This document shows positions 62,810 to 64,000 of a stretch of 64,000 nucleotides of DNA, in pieces. The DNA lies in assembly GCF_009914755.1 (NCBI RefSeq), contig NC_060928.1; one strand, written 5' to 3'. Source of the DNA: the human T2T-CHM13v2.0 reference genome, Homo sapiens. How positions within the stretch are numbered: position 1 is the stretch's first letter; every line of letters starts with the position of its first letter. A model generated the notes under the pieces. That model saw only the letters and a list, made by a program, of their open reading frames with translations. It made no database searches and was not told where the DNA came from. The translations under genes were made by a program, and so were the position numbers.

Positions 62810-64000
62810 TTTTTTATTTTTATTTTAAATTCCAGGATATATGTGCAGGATGTGCAGGTTTGTTACATAGAAAAATGTGTGCCATGGTGGTTTGCTGCAC
62901 CTATCAACCCATCACCTAGGTATTAAGCCCAGCATGCATTGGCTATTTTTCCTGATGCTCTCTCTCCTGCCGTACCTGCCAACAGGCCCCAAGGTGTGTT
63001 GTTCCCCTCCCTGTGTCCATGTGTTCTCATTTTTCAGCTCCCAATTATAAGTGAGAACATCCAGTGTTTGGTTTTCTGTTCCTGCGTTAGTTTGCTGAGG
63101 ATAATGGCTTCCAGCTCCATCCATATCCCTGCAAAGGACATGATCTCATTCCTTTTTATGGCTGCATAGTATCCTATGGTGTATATGTACAACATTTTCC
63201 TTATCCAGTCCATCATTGATGGGCATTTGGGTTGATTCCATGTTTTTGCTATTGTGAATAGTGCTGCAATGAAGTATGAGTGCATGTATCTTTATAATAG
63301 AATGATTTATATTCCTTTGGGTATATACCTAGTATTGAGATTGCTGGGTCAAATGGTACTTCTGTCTTTAGGTCTTTGAGGAATCTCCACACTGTCTTCC
63401 ACAGTGGTTGAACTAATTTGTATTCCCACCAACAGTGTAAAAGTGTTCCTATTTCTCCACAGCCTCACCAGCATCTGTTGTTTCTTGACTTTTTAATAAT
63501 AGCCATTCTGACTGGCATGAGATGGCATCTCATTGTGGTTTTGATTTGCATTTTTCTGGTGATTGGTGATGTTTAGCCTTTTTATATATGTTTGTTGGCT
63601 GCATAAATGTCTTCTTTTGAGAAGTGTCTGTTCATGTCCTTTTCTCACTTTTTAATGGGTATTTTTCTTGTAAATTTGTTAAAAGTTCCTTGTAAATTCT
63701 GGATATTAGTCAGATGGATCGATTGCAAAAATTTTCTCCCATTCTGTAGGCTGTCTGTTCACTCTGATGATCATTTCTTTTGCTGTGCAGAAGCTCTTCA
63801 GTTTAATTAGATTCCATTTGTCAATTTTTGCTTTTGTTGCAATTGCTTTTGATGTGTTTGTCATGAAATCTTTGCTCATGCCTATGTTCTCAATGGTATT
63901 GCCTAGATTTTCTTCTAGGGTTTTTATAATTTTGAGTTTTACATTCAATTCTTTAATCCATCTTGAGTTAATTTTTGTATAAAGTGTAAGGAAGGGGTCC
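62810..64000 (-). mobile_element. L1PA (about PA8) 3' part, runs off the window
   Basis: L1PA 3'UTR and ORF2 peptides 63034-63285, 63706-63948. Confidence 0.95.

Overview
Primate (human-like) genomic DNA, AT-rich and dominated by decayed interspersed repeats; I find no intact protein-coding gene. Nearly all listed ORFs are fragments of L1, Alu, MaLR or mariner sequence. Recognisable content: many L1s of different ages (L1M/L1MA/L1PB/L1PA, several nested), about 15 Alus, THE1/MST and older ERVL-type LTRs, MIR/L2 remnants, a full-length but dead Hsmar1 mariner (9196-10470) with two MADE1 relics, and a processed pseudogene of LYSMD4 (CDS remnant about 42260-43052 plus 3'UTR). I do not see a convincing new biological system. 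The most unusual signals are structural: a 33-bp-arm near-perfect hairpin inside an ancient LTR (31062-31146), a 10-kb TSD-bounded block that looks like an old L1 3' transduction, a 37-bp exact templated insertion into an L1, an L1-in-L1 rearrangement that captured an inverted fragment, a dense nuclear-receptor half-site cluster and a perfect palindromic AT-rich VNTR. Repeat subfamily names come from recalled consensus sequences, no search was run, and boundaries are approximate unless TSDs are given.
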